From assembly GCA_048886685.1 (NCBI GenBank), contig JBHLKM010000016.1, forward strand, positions 45,082 through 109,081: DNA of 64,000 nt, in the 5' to 3' direction. Position 1 is the first letter of the stretch. Each line of letters begins with the position of its first letter. The DNA comes from Candidatus Hodarchaeota archaeon. Lineage in GTDB: Archaea > Asgardarchaeota > Lokiarchaeia > Sigyniarchaeales > SOKP01. Shown here in pieces: positions 61,901 through 64,000 of the stretch. The position numbers were made by a program, and so were the translations under genes. Under the pieces are notes generated by a model that saw only the letters and a list, made by a program, of their open reading frames with translations, made no database searches and was not told the origin of the DNA.

Positions 61901-64000
61901 TAGACAATACATTTAAGGTTTCGATTCCAGATATCTCAAACGATTGGATTTTATCGCAGATTAGCTTTAATATTTATAATATTTCGTGGAACGTTGCCGA
62001 ATCTGACATAAACATTACTATTGTGGATCCTTATGGTTCCTTTAAGATGTTTCATTATAATAATCATAGTGGACATAATTATACTCTTGGCACCTGGACA
62101 GGACTAAAGCTTAACCTAGAGAAAACTAGTCCCACAAGTGATAACAATTTTGAGTTTACTATTGGAGGTTCATTTGATGGCAATATAGATATTAATGCTG
62201 ATGTCTCTTTTATTAGAGAAAAAATTAATGTTCAATATTCAAGATTTAACATTACAGAGATGCTCTCTCTTTTAACGGCAGTTGAGGGATGGGCAATTAA
62301 AAACATAACTTTTGAGATTTATAATTGCTATAATAGATCCACATGGAGTAAAGTAGATTTAACATCCTTAAAAAATTTAAATATAACTACTAATGAGGGT
62401 TATGAATATTCACTGAATTATGGAGACATAAATGGAAATGGAATCCTAACCATCGATGATAGAATTATTTATCCTTTAGATAACCAATTCTTATTCACCA
62501 TAGAAAGTACCACGAATATTATGTTTGATGTTATAATTAAAGTCGAATACATCCAAGAATTTTACCAAAATCAATATCTAGAAGTAATTAATTTCTCTAT
62601 AGCTAGACAAGATTTTAGCAAAGGAGGAATTTTTCAAGTCAGTGTTGTCGAGAAAGGATGGTTTGAGGATTATGCAACATTATTAATTACTGGAATATCC
62701 AATGGTGTCGAGGATTTACTTCCATCAGAATTAGCAATGACTATTACAGTAGGAGGGCAAATATATAATATTTCAGATGTTGTTTCCGGACAAGGAGAAT
62801 TTTCATTAGAAAACCTTGATAAAGATACTATATACACAGGAGTTATAGAAACAAATCAATCCGTTATATTTAATCTTTCTTTCATAATAAAACATTCAAG
62901 AATAGTAGCTTATGAAACAAAAGGAACAGTTACTTATTCTATAACAGGTAAACCGGAAATATCCGGAACAGTTCAATATTATAAAGAATTGGAGTATTAT
63001 CTACAGACAATAAATACATCCTTACTAGATGCTGATGATTATATTATAAGTTTTACTGTTACTAAAGAGCATTATATACCAGCAACAAAGAATTTGGATT
63101 TGATTGTATTAAATCGTCTAACAATGATTAATGGTTCATCGATATTCTTTAAACAAATTGAAACCATTTATATACAAGATGCTGTTAATTTTACATTCTT
63201 ATATACTGATGCGATAAAAGGCACAAAAATTACTAATTTAGGTAGTCAATATTATATATGGGAGCAATACGACAGTGTAGGGAATGTAATTGCTAGTGGT
63301 CAAGGAACTTTAATCCCTACTGTTGATAATTTATATATCTTAGATTTCAATACTGAAACTTTAACAATCGGAGAATATTTACTAATTATTACACTCGATA
63401 AAGATAATTATGAACATAAAAATGCCATAATTTCTTTAACTATCAATAAAAGAATAATTGATTATCGTCTCAATGACGGAAATAATCAAATAAATGTTAA
63501 AAAAGGAGAAACGGTTATTATAAAATTAGAATTAACAGATCCTACGAAAGGAAATATTCCTTTAATGAATGCAGCCATTTTAATGACAATAGGTGGAGTT
63601 GAATATGAGTTTGAGGAGTTTGCAAATGGGACTTATATATGTAATTTTCCTACGGGAAATATAGATGCTTTCTTTACTTCAAAAACTCTTACGGGTAAAA
63701 TCAATATTACTAGAGAGGATTACATCTCCGAGGAATTTAGGATTACCATTGTGGTTGAGATTGAAGAGATCTTCCCTGGAATGCCAACTTTTCATTTCAT
63801 ATTAATTATTTCTGCCATAATTGCCGTTGTGGGTAGTATTGCTGCATATAGAATTTATAAACATGCGACTATTCCAACATTTGTTAAAAAAGCGAGAGGG
63901 ATGCAAAAAGCAATTAAGGGAGATAATGTAATATCAGAGTCTCTTCTATATCGATCAAAAGAGGCTTTTGTTGGAGAGATAGTAAGAGATAAATGGGTTA
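58981..64000 (+). CDS. Partial giant surface protein, paralog of 32105..39055 (absent from the ORF track; runs off the window end)
   Basis: Frame of GTG 58981 spot-translated: NHFSYYKVITIDHTKV, DGDDIAF, DEVRVSN, EEIFPGMPTF, FVGEIVRDKW, colinear with the 2316-aa paralog. Confidence 0.88.
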   Translation, partial: MRIIRKLKNKRKILAVLLFILILPTIIKIFNGITNYTNQENIGKDPIRESLLSTSSNGLPNANHFSYYKVITIDHTKVNGTGELINFPVLISIIDSDLQDKAQSDGDDIAFANNTAWLDHEIELYDPSYSYTRAQLIAWVRIPLLSTSIDTIIFMFYGNSTLGPQENPTGVWNSDYKGVWHLKENPGPGDPGDIKDSTSNSNHGTADDSMRSYDQISGQIDGSLDFDGYNDHVSVGNVGTGIKTIDFWMNPHSLQGYNYSDTGYRSPTATGETYNNWTNPTGAYTSDNNRASASTSGLDQDWYNFGFNIPNYTIEGIEVSLEGNADDDEGVRIRLSWNGGINYTSDRSITWDSSYDSYKSTGGPTTDWDREWSPSEFSDPNFRIWLEKRGSDDPTNIDHIRVKVYYSQPANMSLIDIDGTDQIIIDSVSGEIKTIGFPGTLVIYINGIIGSIVSTGAWYHIVIIDTSGVSADAMDIGRASSVSFNGIIDEVRVSNVTHTADWIATEYNNHQDPASFYSVGGERISVTDLQVNAIDLYGNLIPNVNISMYENNNLIRSGITLANGTIMFEDIVSIEYEYNFTVSMTSNLPPYYTITINKTSEAILIEGAIQIINLICNVSRNIFNIVDVDGITVDSGWIIVSNSSGSIQNCTIGNTGQATFRWLNTTPYQYNYSVWYRDINYNATEIIVASGDILAPNSVVNVTTLLTTVNFTVLTSDTSQFVSGAKLILKHSVLDYYIVNLTTDLDGKTTFRWANSSLINSNYSLSIDFYGGLVPFEIINLTVGMKYQVSFNIKAKTAYTIKIDITQTELEEFKTEIVSLNPSNNIIIEMGSRLKIRTLFNVTKVTSGYENLLGPAYADSMSYEIIKGTTPVRSGTLQQENDYIGRHQAVIETDELETEIIYTIKIQAYKSGYVLPLDLIMSLFLLKNELMLNQSQNDDSPQSKYWQESVNMSVKPYGKISEDFTIEYNIYNSIDNTFKVSIPDISNDWILSQISFNIYNISWNVAESDINITIVDPYGSFKMFHYNNHSGHNYTLGTWTGLKLNLEKTSPTSDNNFEFTIGGSFDGNIDINADVSFIREKINVQYSRFNITEMLSLLTAVEGWAIKNITFEIYNCYNRSTWSKVDLTSLKNLNITTNEGYEYSLNYGDINGNGILTIDDRIIYPLDNQFLFTIESTTNIMFDVIIKVEYIQEFYQNQYLEVINFSIARQDFSKGGIFQVSVVEKGWFEDYATLLITGISNGVEDLLPSELAMTITVGGQIYNISDVVSGQGEFSLENLDKDTIYTGVIETNQSVIFNLSFIIKHSRIVAYETKGTVTYSITGKPEISGTVQYYKELEYYLQTINTSLLDADDYIISFTVTKEHYIPATKNLDLIVLNRLTMINGSSIFFKQIETIYIQDAVNFTFLYTDAIKGTKITNLGSQYYIWEQYDSVGNVIASGQGTLIPTVDNLYILDFNTETLTIGEYLLIITLDKDNYEHKNAIISLTINKRIIDYRLNDGNNQINVKKGETVIIKLELTDPTKGNIPLMNAAILMTIGGVEYEFEEFANGTYICNFPTGNIDAFFTSKTLTGKINITREDYISEEFRITIVVEIEEIFPGMPTFHFILIISAIIAVVGSIAAYRIYKHATIPTFVKKARGMQKAIKGDNVISESLLYRSKEAFVGEIVRDKWV

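Noticed and set aside
1-64000. CRISPR arrays, rRNA, IS transposases, and further introns in other conserved genes
   Set aside because: None recognised. Catalytic motifs of por, gatDE, elp3, pyrDK, tfb and the exosome genes read uninterrupted, though short in-frame stop-free introns cannot be excluded by eye.

Overview
AT-rich archaeal chromosomal segment, most likely Lokiarchaeia (Asgard archaea). This placement is an inference from the archaeal information-processing genes together with profilin-like, arrestin-like, JAB and giant LamG surface proteins. Housekeeping content: a 2-oxoacid:ferredoxin oxidoreductase operon, a proteasome/exosome superoperon (psmA-SBDS-rrp4-rrp41-rrp42 ... rpl37ae-pcc1-pfdB-DHH-ECF-cgi121), tfb, rpl2, gatDE, elp3, pyrDK and four tRNA genes, two of them with bulge-helix-bulge (BHB) introns. 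Main discovery: the phosphofructokinase gene, split into two ORFs in the track, looks like one intact 382-aa gene interrupted by two short (31 and 30 nt) BHB-type introns. Each sits at the same GGA-G|AC position inside a conserved GGD motif, pointing to tRNA-endonuclease-type mRNA splicing of a central metabolic gene. Also notable: apparent ATA/ATT start codons, tandem RHH-HisKA-receiver proteins lacking an ATPase domain, a free-standing LAGLIDADG gene beside the intron-bearing tRNAs, and two paralogous giant single-pass surface proteins, the complete one having a long cytoplasmic tail.
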